Below are positions 26,966 to 39,710 of a stretch of DNA of 64,000 nucleotides, one piece after another (the first letter of the stretch is position 1; each line of letters starts with the position of its first letter). This DNA is from Schmidtea polychroa. Lineage: Eukaryota. The notes beneath the pieces were generated by a model. It did no database searches. It had not been told where the DNA came from and was given only the letters and a program-made list of their open reading frames with translations. The translations under genes and the position numbers were made by a program. Where the stretch lies: positions 17,362,001 to 17,426,000 of the forward strand of contig CM097885.1 of the NCBI GenBank assembly GCA_044892525.1. The letters are read 5' to 3'.

Positions 26966-27353
26966 CCAAATCTGTTTGCAAGTTATTAGGATGTCCATCT
27001 TTAAATCAACTATTAATTGCCTTGGACATTTCTTCTGCAGATTTTGCCTTGACTGGTATTGCTCGTGCAAACCTGCTGTATACATCAATACATGTTAAAA
27101 TATATTTATACCCATTGTTAATTTTCGAATAGGGTATCATCTCCATCAAAACTATTTGCCATAAATCGTCAATACCAAATGTTTTATAGGCTCTTGTTGG
27201 AAATCTTTTCCGCATTGGTTTGTTCAAACTGTACGCAAGCTGATCTGATAACCACTCCTGGGTTTCTTTTTTCGAATTCGGAACTCTTTTGTTTAAATTT
27301 GCCACTCCACCGAAACCGGCTTCATCTTCTGGGTTCATCCAAATCTTCTCCAT
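26300..27353 (-). pseudogene. Polinton retroviral-type (rve) integrase, frameshifted, with a probable intron at 26965-26903
   Basis: WLSDQLAYSLNKP, YKYILTCIDVYSRFA, QTDLG/KEF, YNHSSHR, KYKVGDHVRISK, NWSDEVF, GKFYEQE. Confidence 0.9.
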
Positions 27354-27414
27354 TACAGCAAGAAGATTTAAAATTAAATTTAATGTCGGGCAATGAAGGA
27401 TTAGCACCCATTGT

Positions 27415-27810
27415 TTATGATTGATTTCCTACAACTCCACCTAATAATGATAATGCCAGAGGTATCAATGCACCAATAAATCCACCTTGTTTTTTATATA
27501 TAATTTTCCTCATTTGCTTACGATTTTTATTATTTACTAATGATAATAAAGGTTTCCTATGTTTGCTCAATAAATGCTTTTTTGATTTACTGATTTTAAT
27601 CTTGCCTTTGACTACTTTAAGTATAATATTGAGTAAATCATCGACAACAAAATTTGGGAATGATTGCAATATATTCATTCTTTTCATACTCGGGGCCTTT
27701 AACAATGCATTAAAAAATGGAAAACTGCGATGATTTTTAACTACTTTTTTACTGATTTTACATTTACTGGTTTTACGTTTAGGTTTAGGATTTTTCGAAA
27801 TAAGATTCAT
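27415..27810 (-). CDS. Basic Polinton core protein with an adenovirus pX-like C-terminus
   Basis: Lys-rich 131 aa ending KKQGGFIGALIPLALSLLGG, resembling the GGFLPALIP motif of adenoviral pX. Confidence 0.7.
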   Translation of the reverse strand: MNLISKNPKPKRKTSKCKISKKVVKNHRSFPFFNALLKAPSMKRMNILQSFPNFVVDDLLNIILKVVKGKIKISKSKKHLLSKHRKPLLSLVNNKNRKQMRKIIYKKQGGFIGALIPLALSLLGGVVGNQS

Positions 27811-27944
27811 TGCAGAAAACTTTCAGTAACAAGTTTTTTAGATGGTGTATAACTAGTTGTTGGTGGAACTTTTGGAACTTTAATACTCTTTAATACTTTT
27901 TCTTAATTTCCTAATATTTTTCACCCTTGCTTTTAAAAACATTA

Positions 27945-28582
27945 TTCATAGAGGTTTTCAACTTTGTTTATAAACCATGGCACCTTTTGGGTTGAAAATA
28001 TCTGTTTACTCGTAAATCATCGGGACATTGTTGTGTGAAATCAAGAAATATATATCCATGAGGTATTTTTGTAGCATCTTGAAATGCACTGATAAGAAAA
28101 TTACGATTGTTAGGGTATGCTTGACGTGCAAGAAAATCAATCACTGTTGCATCTCTAGGATTCTTGAAAATAACTAAATATTGTACATTTAAATTACGTG
28201 TTCGATGTGCCCCACCTTGATGAAATAGATTTTGTGTTATGAAAATAACTGTTACACCGACATGTCTGCTGATCTTTGTAAATAAATTATTAAAATCTTT
28301 TTCTTTATTAGCTTCTTAATACAAATCATCGATAATAATGACATCACCTTTCTTTAATCGGCTGGACCAGTTTTTATCGAATCCCTTTACTATTTTCATG
28401 TTTTTTAATTTACAGAAACTTGATTGAGTTAATCCATGTTCTTCATCAGCACCCCTATGCCAATAAATCCTGTTGAATTTTGATTTGAATAAATTTGATT
28501 TTAGTAATTTACAAACAAATATTGTTTTTCCACTACCACTCGGACCAACGATTTGGTATACTGCATCATTTCTTAATTCCAT
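27945..28582 (-). pseudogene. Polinton DNA-packaging ATPase (A32/FtsK-like) with an in-frame stop at 28316-28318
   Basis: Walker A IVGPSGSGKT, Walker B VIIIDDL; after the stop SRHVGVTVIFITQNLF...YLVIFKNPRD...HGYIFLD. Confidence 0.9.
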
Positions 28583-28685
28583 TTCAAAAATTTTAAAAAT
28601 ATATGTGTATTTGTTTATATTCGATGCTTTAATGAACTCGTACTCAATTTGTATATAATGACTAATTTTCATAAATGATTTAATA

Positions 28686-29111
28686 ATGTTAGCAAATATA
28701 AATTATCGAGGAAATTTTGATGTAACAAATATGAGGTTCCCACCAGGAAAACCCCAGCAAATTATCGATAGAAGCGGGAAATACCCGATAATATTTTTCA
28801 AGACTGGTTAATGTAGAATCATGGGATGTAAGAAACCCTTGGATATTAATAAATTACAATATCGAATAAATAATATTATAATCCAATCAATTACCGTTAC
28901 TATGGATATGGGACATATTATCAATCTATATAACATGTCGAAAAAATGTGATTGTATGTTTGAACCGGAATTGTTTCCGGCACTAAGACTATTAAATATA
29001 TTCAACGTGTTTGCTAGTGGAAAGGTTGTCATGCTAGGGTTGAGAAATTTGGAGTATGGGGAATATGTTGACAATGTTCGAAATGTGATAATTTCATTGG
29101 TCAATTTCTAA
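28686..29111 (+). pseudogene. Compact TATA-binding-protein (TBP)-like gene, one in-frame TAA at 28809
   Basis: Two TBP-repeat signatures: IIFFKTG*CRIMG and FEPELFPALRL...NVFASGKVVMLG. Confidence 0.7.
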
Positions 29112-29229
29112 TTGGTTAATTTCTAATTGGTTAATGTTTGTTTTAAACAATATGTTTTCTGTTTAGAAATCATTTATTCAACAAAAATGTACAACATACA
29201 AAGTTCCGCAATCACCTCAATGAAAGAGC

Positions 29230-29265
29230 ATGCAAATTATGGTAATTTCAAATTTTTATTATTAC

Positions 29266-29322
<57 letters not shown>

Positions 29323-29676
29323 ACATATGAATATCAATCAATTATCCTGCAAAGATTATGCTTCTACTATTATCCAGAATTAAATGAAATTCTACAAGAT
29401 AGAGATCCAGCTATCATTCCGGATTTGGTATACAACCAAACACGAATCAGGATATTCGATATAATAAACACCTTTCTATTGGATATCAAGATAGGAAGGG
29501 TGATGAAAGAAATGAAACCAGAGGATCCTTGCATTTTCGGATGTAGCTGTTGCAATTTCCGTTATCAACAATATGTTGAATGGTGTTTGGTGAACTCTGA
29601 GAAATCACCACTCGAGTCAGATTGTATCAAAATAAATTTTTATGTTGAATTGTTTTGTTTTTGTAAATCGAAATAA
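29230..29676 (+). CDS. Unknown Polinton ORF; the (TA)n stretch is probably intronic
   Basis: ORF with CIFGCSCC; GTAATT donor-like site before the TA microsatellite. Confidence 0.35.
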
Positions 29677-29938
29677 TAGAAATAGAAATAATAATAGTAA
29701 TAAAAATAGTGATAATATAAGTAATAATAGTAATATTAGAAATAATAATAAAAAACAATATTTATAATAAAAACATTAATGCAACATTTATGCAAATGAC
29801 ATGCAATTTAAACAAAGACATGCTATAATCTGATTGGTTGATAGGCATGAGTCAAAGGTATAAAAACCCTGTAACATTTCATTTTAATCATTATTTACGA
29901 CGATCAAGAAAATTTCATGCACCGAAAAACCTAAAGAA

Positions 29939-30310
29939 ATGGTACAACCAGTTCAAATGTTCCACAACTACAAAATGTATTTTTTGAAAGAAGAAATCAA
30001 TATGAAATTGGTTGCACCCGTCAAGCTAATTCCAACTAAATTTCAATTCTTATCCGGCACGCTTTCAATATTAGATGTTAAAACTATTGATGATGTTTTT
30101 AAACGGCTAGATTCGAATCTATCGTGTAATCAACATGCCTGGTTCAACAAAAGATATGCAAGATTTTATGATGGTTTTGATGAAATCGGTTTCAAAGAAA
30201 ATGAAAATTGGTATATAACAATTGCAATCCAGGGATATAAAGTTGATAATAATGATGTATATTCCCCTATTTGGAAAATTATGTCTGCTAGACTATCACA
30301 AATATTTTAA
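29939..30310 (+). CDS. Unknown Polinton ORF (123 aa)
   Basis: Open frame preceded by CTGATTGG (CCAAT box, reverse), TGAGTCA and TATAAAA at ~29830-29866. Confidence 0.45.
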   Translation: MVQPVQMFHNYKMYFLKEEINMKLVAPVKLIPTKFQFLSGTLSILDVKTIDDVFKRLDSNLSCNQHAWFNKRYARFYDGFDEIGFKENENWYITIAIQGYKVDNNDVYSPIWKIMSARLSQIF

Positions 30311-32669
30311 CTATAAATTTTATAATATTCGACTATGTTTTTAGTTAACCATGATTTGTGATAGAAATTTGAAATTATATAATTGTTGGGCTAGAACTGA
30401 CTTCTAGACCCAAACTTGAATTGTGACTGAAAGGTGCAGGTACACAACATGCAAAAGCAAGAAGTTTAGTTAAATATGAAAATTACATCAAATAAACAAT
30501 ATTAACTAAAGGAGAAAGTAACAAAAACCTAAAACACAGAAATTAAATAAAATTATACAAAAGCAAGAAGTGATGCAAAAATAGAACTCAAAAACAACCA
30601 AATAAACACAGATAAGCATAAAACAGACTCGAACAACTTAAAAGACGATAAAAACCGAAAAAATTCCAGAAAAGCCCAGAACATTCCATTAAAATGGCGA
30701 TGACCATCACAAAAGCCAGCTAGAACAATAAAAGTTAGAGGAAATAAATAAATTAGTATTAAAAATAATAAATCTTAAAAAGAAATTCACAAAACATCGG
30801 TTAAAATAAAAATTAAATTAAAAGCAAAATAGAATGTTCTGGAACCGTTCCAAATCCATCATGGACGGCAAATTAACGAAAAATAATTAAAGAATAAAAA
30901 TATAAAAATAAAAACAAAAATTATGGCACAAAAATTGTCATTAAAAATAGCAAAATCGTAAAATAGAAAATTCTGGAATAAAAAGAATTCGAGTTTGTTT
31001 TAATGCATCAATACATACACGTGTACAAAATAGGTATATATACCGACACGTTTCGGTCATAAATCAATCTTTATGCCAATATTTTGCTGAAAAATTATTT
31101 TGGAGAATCATTAGTAAGCCTTTTGATTTGTTGTAATTTTATGTTATGTAATTATATTAATATCGACCTTTTATCTATTAAAAATATTTTTAAGATTTTA
31201 TGTTTAGTAATTCTCGACGGATCAGCGGCGTCCGAGTACGTCTCTGATCGGTCCTGCATATAATTTTAAATTCGATTTCTCATGCACACATGCATTATGA
31301 TTATCTATAACACTCTTTTTTGTTCGGGTCAGTTCGGAGGTCGAACTACTTCATGGTCCTGCCATGGAGTTAGGTCGAGGAAACCCTCCGCCTGACTCTT
31401 TGTATTTATGTAAGGTCGACCGTAAATGGTTGACTCAAAACTCAACACTAAGGTTTGTGGAAGTGGTCACAGTGGGGCCATGGAAGCAATATTCTTCCCG
31501 ACCTTGCACGTAATACAAATTTAAAATCAACATTAAAAATCCATGTCAAATATCTCTACAATAAGGTCTTAATCTGAGTAGAACTCATACCTAATCTTAC
31601 ACAATTCTACAATCACCTTAATGAAGTCGGTTGATCAATAATAGCAATTCCAGTTGTACTTAAACATATGCCGAATCCGGTTTTGGTAATAGGAATTTAT
31701 AGTAACTCAAAGTAATAGAAATGATATAGTGTCCGGCATAGGTGTAGGTATAACTTCATCTAGTTGGGAATTCGAGGTTAATTACTATGTGAATAAAATC
31801 AGTCTACCTATAGATATTACAAATCTAACCGACTAAATTACAAGCGCCATCTTAAAAATTTATAAAAATATAAGTACTTATTACAAAATTTACTAATTAT
31901 AATCAAAATGCAAGTTGTAGATAATTATAAGATTTCAGATATAAAGCATACCGACCCTGAAACTATAAATTGGTAATGGAGAAGTCTTGATAACAAATTT
32001 TAGATGGGGATAGTAGTAGATAAATTTTAGCATAAGGATCAATTAACTTAGAACTAGTTATGTATAGACTGTATATTCGTCAATATTCTGAAATTATAAC
32101 CTAATAGTACCAAGAAATCTGCAAATAATTTCGGAAGACAATGTTGATAAAAAAGGGGTACTCGTAAAGAAGTACACGAGTCGAATATAAAATTATAATC
32201 CCTGAATTCTGAAATGACGAGTGGTGAAGTAATAAAGTGACAAATTGTAGAAATAGAAAACGAAAAAATTTCAAAGTACAAACTCATAAATAAAATTATA
32301 AAATATAGAATTAGAATTTATAGAATATAAACTTATGAATAGAAAAAATTAAAAAACTATAAATTATAAAATATAAAATTGGCAATTATAAAATATAAAT
32401 TTATAAATTACGAAATATAAAATTATAAATTGTAAAGTATAAAATTATAAAGTATAAAATATAAAATTATAAAATATAAAATATAAAGTCATAAATGATT
32501 AAATTACAGACTATAATATATATAATTAGAAATTACAAATTTATAAATTGGAAAATAGAAAATTTTAAATTAGAAACAGAAATTTGTAAATTACAACAAG
32601 TAACTTCCTAAATCATAGAATAGGAACCTCTAAAATGGGAAATATAAACTTCGAATTGTACCATATAAA

Positions 32670-32909
32670 ATTATACTACTAGTATTATTATTATTAACCC
32701 TAATATTATTGTTATTATTGCTGATATTACCATCATTATTACTATTATTCTCATTACCCCTAGTATTATGAATGTTATTATTATTACTATATTATTATTA
32801 TTATTATTATTACTACTATTACTATTATTATTATTATTATTGGTATTATTATTATTATTATTATTACTATTATTATTATTACTATTATTATTAGTACCAG
32901 AATGATTAG

Positions 32910-32975
<66 letters not shown>

Positions 32976-33130
32976 CATTATTATTATTATTATGATTTAT
33001 TTATTATTATTATTATTATCATTTTTTATTATTATCATAATTATTGCTATGATCATTCTCCCTAGTGTTATTCTTATCAACATTATGATTATCACCATTA
33101 TTGTTATTACTATTATTTCATTATTAATTT
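32670..33130. repeat. (ATT)n microsatellite inside the LTR
   Basis: Direct reading of the sequence. Confidence 0.9.
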
Positions 33131-33981
33131 CCAAAAATCAAAATTTGATTGAATTATCGATTTAGGATTTCCCCCACGACTAAATTTAGAACCTACCCCT
33201 TTACTCCAATAAAAATGACCATAATTCCAGAAATCTATTTTTAGTAACCCCCCTCGGAGAAAATGCTAGGACTATTAATTCAATAATAACATGAGTAGGT
33301 GCGCACATATAGACATGTGTAAATGTAGGTAACTATACGTATCTAATAAGTTAATTTAACCCAGGCTCATCAGTGACGGATATATCTTAGTTAACTTAGC
33401 GGCCCCAGAAATTAAAAGTCAGGTAAAACCTCCATTAACCTAAACCAATTCATTGAGGACTAGGAATACATTGGGACAGTCGATACCAACCGTGGAACTC
33501 CACGGAATCAGTCGCATGAATTATCGATAACTGACAAAATTTTATTTTACAAAAATCAAAAGCGATTAGCCAAAGAACATGCTAAATTAAAATTATTCAA
33601 CAAAACTTCTAACACCACTAAATACAAATTAAACTAAAGATACCAACACAGAGTCATATAAAATTCCATTAGGGCTTTGAACAACCGGTCATTCCACCCG
33701 AGTGAAAGATTCCCACCAAATATCTCTAAAATCGAAAAGCTATGGTTAAAAAATTAAACTACTTACAAGCAAATCAAAGCGGACTATACCACTCATGACG
33801 AGTACAACCGAAGGAAAGGCAAGCAGACGAGAAGCTAAGCTCGTTGTTAATACCTGTCGCCTCAGCGTACCCGAATTTAGTGGCAAAAGATTTAAACCCT
33901 GAAATTTCAAATTTGTTATAATATTTAAATTAAAATACATAAAATATAATTTAAATGATCACTTAGTGATAAATACAAATT

Positions 33982-35048
33982 TAGAGAAAAATAGCTAATT
34001 AAAACAAGAGGATTGTTGATAAAATTTTTTTTTGATTATTAGTAGACAAAATATGGAACTTCATTCTATTGTTCCTAGGATTATAGATGTTAGTCTTAAA
34101 ATAAAATATTTCTTTTTATTTTCAAATTCTTAAAGGGAAAAAGGGACAACAAAATCCTGTCTTTAACGTCGTATTACAATCAGTATAAGTGGCTTGATTG
34201 TTCTTTTGTAGAAATGTCCTATTCTGACAGTGGTAGTAACGAAGAAGCCGACCGACAGATGCTTACACGACTCCGGACACGGTACATATGGTACCGTATC
34301 CATGATTGGAACCGGGGCTTGGACCTCGACAACTGGGGCCCAGTAATCAGGAGTGGGCCGGAACCGGACGCCCCAGCTTGGGTAAAAACAGAGCCCACAA
34401 ACGATTTTTTGCAAGAGGCCCGCGACCGAGCGGCCATCGAGGTAGAAGCAGCCCAGATGCGATTGAGGAAAATCGACTTGCAAATCCGGGCAAACAAGGA
34501 AGGGAAAACCGTAGAGAAAAAAATAGCTAATTAAAACAAGAGGATTGTTGATAAAATTTTTTTTTGATTATTAGTAGACAAAATATGGAACTTCATTCTA
34601 TTGTTCCTAGGATTATAGATGTTAGTCTTAAAATAAAATATTTCTTTTTATTTTCAAATTCTTAAAGGGAAAAAGGGACAACAAAATCCTGTGTTTAACG
34701 TCGTATTACAATCAGTATAAGTGGCTTGATTGTTCTTTTGTAGAAATGTCCTATTCTGACAGTGGTAGTAACGAAGAAGCCGACCGACAGATGCTTACAC
34801 GACTCCGGACACGGTACATATGGTACCGTATCCATGATTGGAACCGGGGCTTGGACCTCGACAACTGGGGCCCAGTAATCAGGAGTGGGCCGGAACCGGA
34901 CGCCCCAGCGTGGGTAAAAACAGAGCCCACAAACGATTTTTTGCAAGAGGCCCGCGACCGAGCGGCCATCGAGGTAGAAGCAGCCCAGATGCGATTGAGG
35001 AAAATCGACTTGCAAATCCGGGCAAACAAGGAAGGGAAAACCGTAGAG
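33982..35048 (+). repeat. ~530-bp tandem duplication within the LTR
   Basis: 34214-34516 repeats at 34746-35048 (offset 532); junction at TAGAG microhomology. Confidence 0.92.
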
Positions 35049-35102
35049 GACCTAGAAGAGGCCGGGACAACCCCGCGGAAGAGGGGAAGGCCTCGCAAGT
35101 GA
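34746..35102 (+). CDS. LTR-encoded 118-aa protein with a C-terminal AT-hook (truncated duplicate at 34214-34534)
   Basis: GC-richer coding island ending TPRKRGRPRK*; pyrimidine tract-TAG just before the ATG; AATAAA at 35201. Confidence 0.65.
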   Translation: MSYSDSGSNEEADRQMLTRLRTRYIWYRIHDWNRGLDLDNWGPVIRSGPEPDAPAWVKTEPTNDFLQEARDRAAIEVEAAQMRLRKIDLQIRANKEGKTVEDLEEAGTTPRKRGRPRK

Positions 35103-35306
35103 CCGACCTGACTCATCGTCAAATTTTTTTTTTGTGCAATTATCATCAGTTATGACTTAATTAAACTTTAATTTTAGTGACGAATTATTTTATTCCTTTC
35201 AATAAATTATCTTATGAATTGCGTGCTTAATATCTGAAACTATGTTTATTTATAATATTGATCTTATTATATAATGGAATGAGCGTTATGCTGCAAGAAT
35301 GAATCA

Positions 35307-35753
35307 TTGAATTTTCACCTAGTGTTCAAACTACTTGAAAATTTGCGAAAGGACAGGGAAGAAGCCCAAAAACAGGCCGAGGAGCTCCGCATACGAGTAG
35401 ACAAGCTCAAGGGACGGTGCCGGGAACTAGAAAGCACCTGGTTTAGTCCCGAGGATATGAAAAAGAAGGTGGCGCAGGTCCTTCAACTGCAGGCTCAAGC
35501 CGCGCAGGATCAGATGGAGATCCGGGCACTGAAGCTCCAGCTCCGCGCGTTAGAAACCGAGCGAAATGAACAAGTAGTTCACGGAGCCGCCATAAGCCAA
35601 ATCCGGCCGTTGACTGTGGAACTAGCAGCAATATACCCTCCGGCCGCGAAAGAGAAACCCAAAAGAAAGCGGTTAGGACGGAACATCCGGGAGAAGTTAA
35701 AGAAGGCTAGGTTAGCCGAGTATGAGCGACAAGAAAAACCTACACCAATGTAA
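35307..35753 (+). CDS. LTR-encoded coiled-coil protein with a basic C-terminus; start uncertain
   Basis: GC-richer open frame with heptad character and KEKPKRKRLGR. Confidence 0.55.
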   Translation: MNFHLVFKLLENLRKDREEAQKQAEELRIRVDKLKGRCRELESTWFSPEDMKKKVAQVLQLQAQAAQDQMEIRALKLQLRALETERNEQVVHGAAISQIRPLTVELAAIYPPAAKEKPKRKRLGRNIREKLKKARLAEYERQEKPTPM

Positions 35754-36155
35754 TTCCCGCGATGTGAACAGTCACTTGTGCTAGATATATTGAGTTTTTT
35801 TTTTGATTGTTTATTGCTAATGTCTAAATACAAATTTAGTTAAATTAATGGATGAAGTATATTGTTTGCAAACGTTGAGTGACTGAAAACCGAGGTGTTG
35901 AGAGTTGGGAAAACAATTTCGAATAGGGGACCTGAGGAAATCGGACACAAACCTTCTAACGGTAGTCCGTGAACCCGTGGAGTACTCGACAATTATAGTG
36001 CGTTGATGCGCTCACTTTTTGCGGGTACTCAACCCTTGGTACAGTACCAACGTTGATCACTCAACGGGTACCAAGCGGAAAAACAATGTTGCATGTTGGG
36101 TTACGCTGGTAGCAGCACTTAATCATTCGACCACCTGTAACCCACCATACAAATT

Positions 36156-36173
36156 TGGGGGCTCAGCCGGGAT
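36156..36173 (+). promoter_or_regulatory. Primer-binding site complementary to the tRNA-Pro 3' end
   Basis: TGGGGGCTCAGCCGGGAT, 16/18 identical to the classical tRNA-Pro PBS TGGGGGCTCGTCCGGGAT. Confidence 0.85.
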
Positions 36174-36869
36174 TTGCAAATTTAATTGGTGAAAGAACCC
36201 GAGAATAGATATAATGGAGAGAGTAAAAGCTGATATAAAGTAATATGCATTCAAGATTGAGCAAATTGTTTTCCCAAACACTTAAACTTAGTACATGGAT
36301 ATGTGAATATGATAAAATGTAGGTGAAATGTTTAAATGGGTGATTGAAGTTTTGAAGTGTGTCAACATATGAATGTATTAAAAGTGAGTATGAGAATATC
36401 GTACGAATAGCGTAGTAATAGAATGAAATGATAATAAACGAAAAGTAAAACGAAAACAAAATATAATAAAAATTTTAAATATTAACGATTAATAGAACGT
36501 AAATATAAAGAAATAATAAAATTTAAAAATAGGGAAAAGGGGGGGATAGCACGCTAATAAAAATAAACCAAATGAACAAAGTAGTTAAACTTAATCAGAA
36601 AACGTGTAAATAGGGCGATAACGAATGGGATATGGGTTATATATAATAAAACGATTATGATAAAATCACAAGAACATGAGAGAAGTTTGCGCGGAATAGA
36701 ACATTAAACCAAGGGAGACTGGGTTGTTAAGAGTGATAAGTAGAATGTAAAGGTTTATTGAAGCACTAATAAAATAAGGTATCCAGGATATTAGAGGGAA
36801 AATGATAAAGGGGGAAAATGACGCGGAATATTAATAAAAAGGGAACTTTAATTAATAAATCTTACTTAG

Positions 36870-37352
36870 ATGGAATCAACCGGCTACATTACAAAGAGAC
36901 TCGAAAAATTCGTAGATTTAACACACAATTCGTTACAACGGCTAAATCGCAAAGCGGAACAGTTGGTGAAAATCCAAGACGAGATGAGCTTGAAGCCAAG
37001 ACCGCAAGCTGAGGAAATATGTGTAATGATGAAAATAGCAACACCTAATGCAGAATTGACCACTAAAAGAGTCTATCAAATTCAAAATTTACGATTAGAT
37101 AATGCCAAATTCAATATCAAATGGCAGGAGATAATGATAAAAATGGAAACGATTGAAGAAGAAATTAAAGAAGCAATCGAACATCAAATTAAAGACTTTA
37201 GAAAATGCTTCATATGCAGAATCAATGAAATACGAGTAATGACGATCCCATGTGGTCATTTATGTTATTGTGAGAATTGCGCAGAGAAAATTAAACGATG
37301 TAACGTATGCGATACGAACGTTAGAGAAAAAATTGTAATATACCTCCCGTAG
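36870..37352 (+). CDS. Coiled-coil plus C-terminal IAP-type RING (putative E3 ligase), upstream of gag
   Basis: CFIC...IPCGHLCYCENCAEKIKRCNVC...IVIYLP. Confidence 0.85.
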   Translation: MESTGYITKRLEKFVDLTHNSLQRLNRKAEQLVKIQDEMSLKPRPQAEEICVMMKIATPNAELTTKRVYQIQNLRLDNAKFNIKWQEIMIKMETIEEEIKEAIEHQIKDFRKCFICRINEIRVMTIPCGHLCYCENCAEKIKRCNVCDTNVREKIVIYLP

Positions 37353-39710
37353 GGAGATGTTGTCAAATAAATTTATTGTGAATGAAGTGAAAAAAAATTA
37401 TTAAATTATACTAAAAATCCATTATAGCAACCGAAAGGTATAAAACATACGATGAACATAGACATATAAAAGACACAAAATACGTTAAATAAATAGACAA
37501 GCTACACAGCAATTAGAACTAAAATCAAAACCGAATGCAGGACTGATCATAGTCGTATGGATGAGCTGTTCGATAAGATCAGTACGATTTTCACTTCCAA
37601 TTTTCTTTCTTCCTGTTTCATTATTTTGGCATAGAGAGATACGATAACGAGGGGATGACAAGTGAATCGTCCTTACGACACTTGCCCGGATGGGGAAATC
37701 CTGATCACCCTGACGAGAGAATGTAGTAGGATCCATCGCAAATGTTGGGGAGTTTCTGTCGAGTGACTGATCACCACTTAGGGGAAATGAACCAACGCGA
37801 TTATTATATTTTTTTTGTCTGGGAGACTGGGGTTGACTAAAAGGGTGAATAAAAATAGAAAAATAAAATAAAAATTGGAAAAACGCGCGCTAAATGTTAA
37901 AAATTTAATCCGAGAGCAGCTGCGGATTTGAAGAAACCGTTTTTGGACTTCAAATCAGATGAGAAATAATGATTTTTCCCTAGCGAGTGATGAGGCACCC
38001 GAGTACAGCGGCTAACCACCGGACTGTAGTGTCCAGGTGATTATCAGCCAAGGGACTGATGATGCTGGATCACCCAATACAAAAACCCGGATACCACACC
38101 GAGTATTGGGCGCACTTTTTTGAGTTGCTAGCGGGACTTGATACAAAAACCCGGAAGGGTAGCGAGCGAGAGAGACCCAGTTACCTACACCGAGTATTAA
38201 GGAGCCCAGTGAAACGGTTGTGAGATGCGGGTCAACCGGTAAAGGACTCGTACTCAACAGGCAACCAAGATTGGACCAGTTGTGAGGCGGGAGACCGAGA
38301 GTCAACTGCATATCCAATTTCCTTTTATCTTCACTAGTCGGGAGATCTGGTTCATCACTTTTGAGAATCAAGATCGAGGCGATTAGGCATTTCCATGTTT
38401 TTTTTAAATCCTGATAGATAGGATGTTTTTTTCTTCGTGATTATTGCTAGCAGGGGTCGGTACAAAACCCGGATGCCCACACCGAGTACCGATAGGCCCA
38501 GTGAAACGGCGATGAGATTAGAGTTACCGGTATTGGACTCTTTTCAATAGGCGGCCAAGAATTGAGCCAGTTGTGAGGCCTCAGCAGATTAGGAATTTGA
38601 GTAGGAGGAGCCTTAAATTTTTAATTAGTCCGAAAGCCAACTGTCAACTCAATTTAATCGCGGTAGGGACGATAGTAGAAAGCGTCGAGGGGTTGAAGAA
38701 ACCTCATTTAGGGCATTTGAAACCGGTCAGGGACCGAAGACCGCGAATATGGCGTAATGGTGTAAAAGCCCAGGCGTCGAGGAGTCGTAAAAGACTTCAT
38801 GAGATTAAAATGAGTTGATTAAACCGGCCAGGGAGCCGATGGTAATTGAGTGAAATAATTTAAATGAAATAGGAGAGTTGATTGGACCGGTCAGGGAGTC
38901 GATGGTAAATAAATGTAGATGCAGAGGTCGCGCGAACCAAAGCATCGATGAGTAACTATGAAATTGATTAAATTGAAATAGATTAAGTGCGACAAATATG
39001 TAAGGAGTAAAGGAGAATTATGATAAAGCGCCGGCGCAAGAGAAAATAAAACCAGTTTTTGGAGGGGAAAAGCGAACGAATAGATATTAGTTGAGTTACT
39101 GAATTTATTTATTAATGATATGTGTACTTTGATATTTCTATAATTGATATTATATTTGATGATTATAAAAGGGATAGATAATTGATGCGACTATATAGAT
39201 AATTGATATGAGTTATAGATAATTTAAAATCGACTTAAAATCAAAATGGGGCGAATAAAGAGAAGTGTAGAAAGTTAGAAAATTTGAAGCGAAGGAACAG
39301 TAAAATAAAGGGAAAATGGGAAGTAAATGAAGGGTTTAATAAAGAGAATTTATGATATGTACTAGAGGTGTTAATTATTTTAGAATAAAGCAAACAATTC
39401 AGAAAGAAATCAAAGAAATCAAGAAAGCAATAGAAATCAAGAGATCTAGAGAAACCAATCAAAAGCAAGGAATCAAAGAACTTAATAAAATTAGAGAATT
39501 ATAAAGATTAAAGAAAAAGCGAGACAATAATCAGAAAATCGAAGCTCAATCGACGAAGTAGAAAATTTATCAAAAGATATTAAAAGGAGGAAAAATTGAT
39601 AATATAGCTAGCCGAACCAGACGAAAAAGTAAGGGAAACCTCAGTTTATTAGAAAAGAAGAGATAGAAAGAGCCAAGAAAAACAGAAAACTACACAAGAA
39701 ACCAGCATCA

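Larger units (their letters stand above)
30384..36151 (+). repeat. 5' LTR (~5.8 kb including an internal ~530-bp duplication)
   Basis: Starts TGT where identity with 63195 begins; ends ...CCATACA 4 nt before the PBS. The end is inferred from the PBS because the 3' LTR is cut by the window. Confidence 0.8.

Noticed and set aside
38050..38270. Possible hammerhead in the giant element leader (CTGATGA at ~38056, GAAAC at ~38211)
   Set aside because: Stem II would need a ~140-nt loop, stem III needs a bulge and stem I does not pair; kept only as a generic structured-leader candidate
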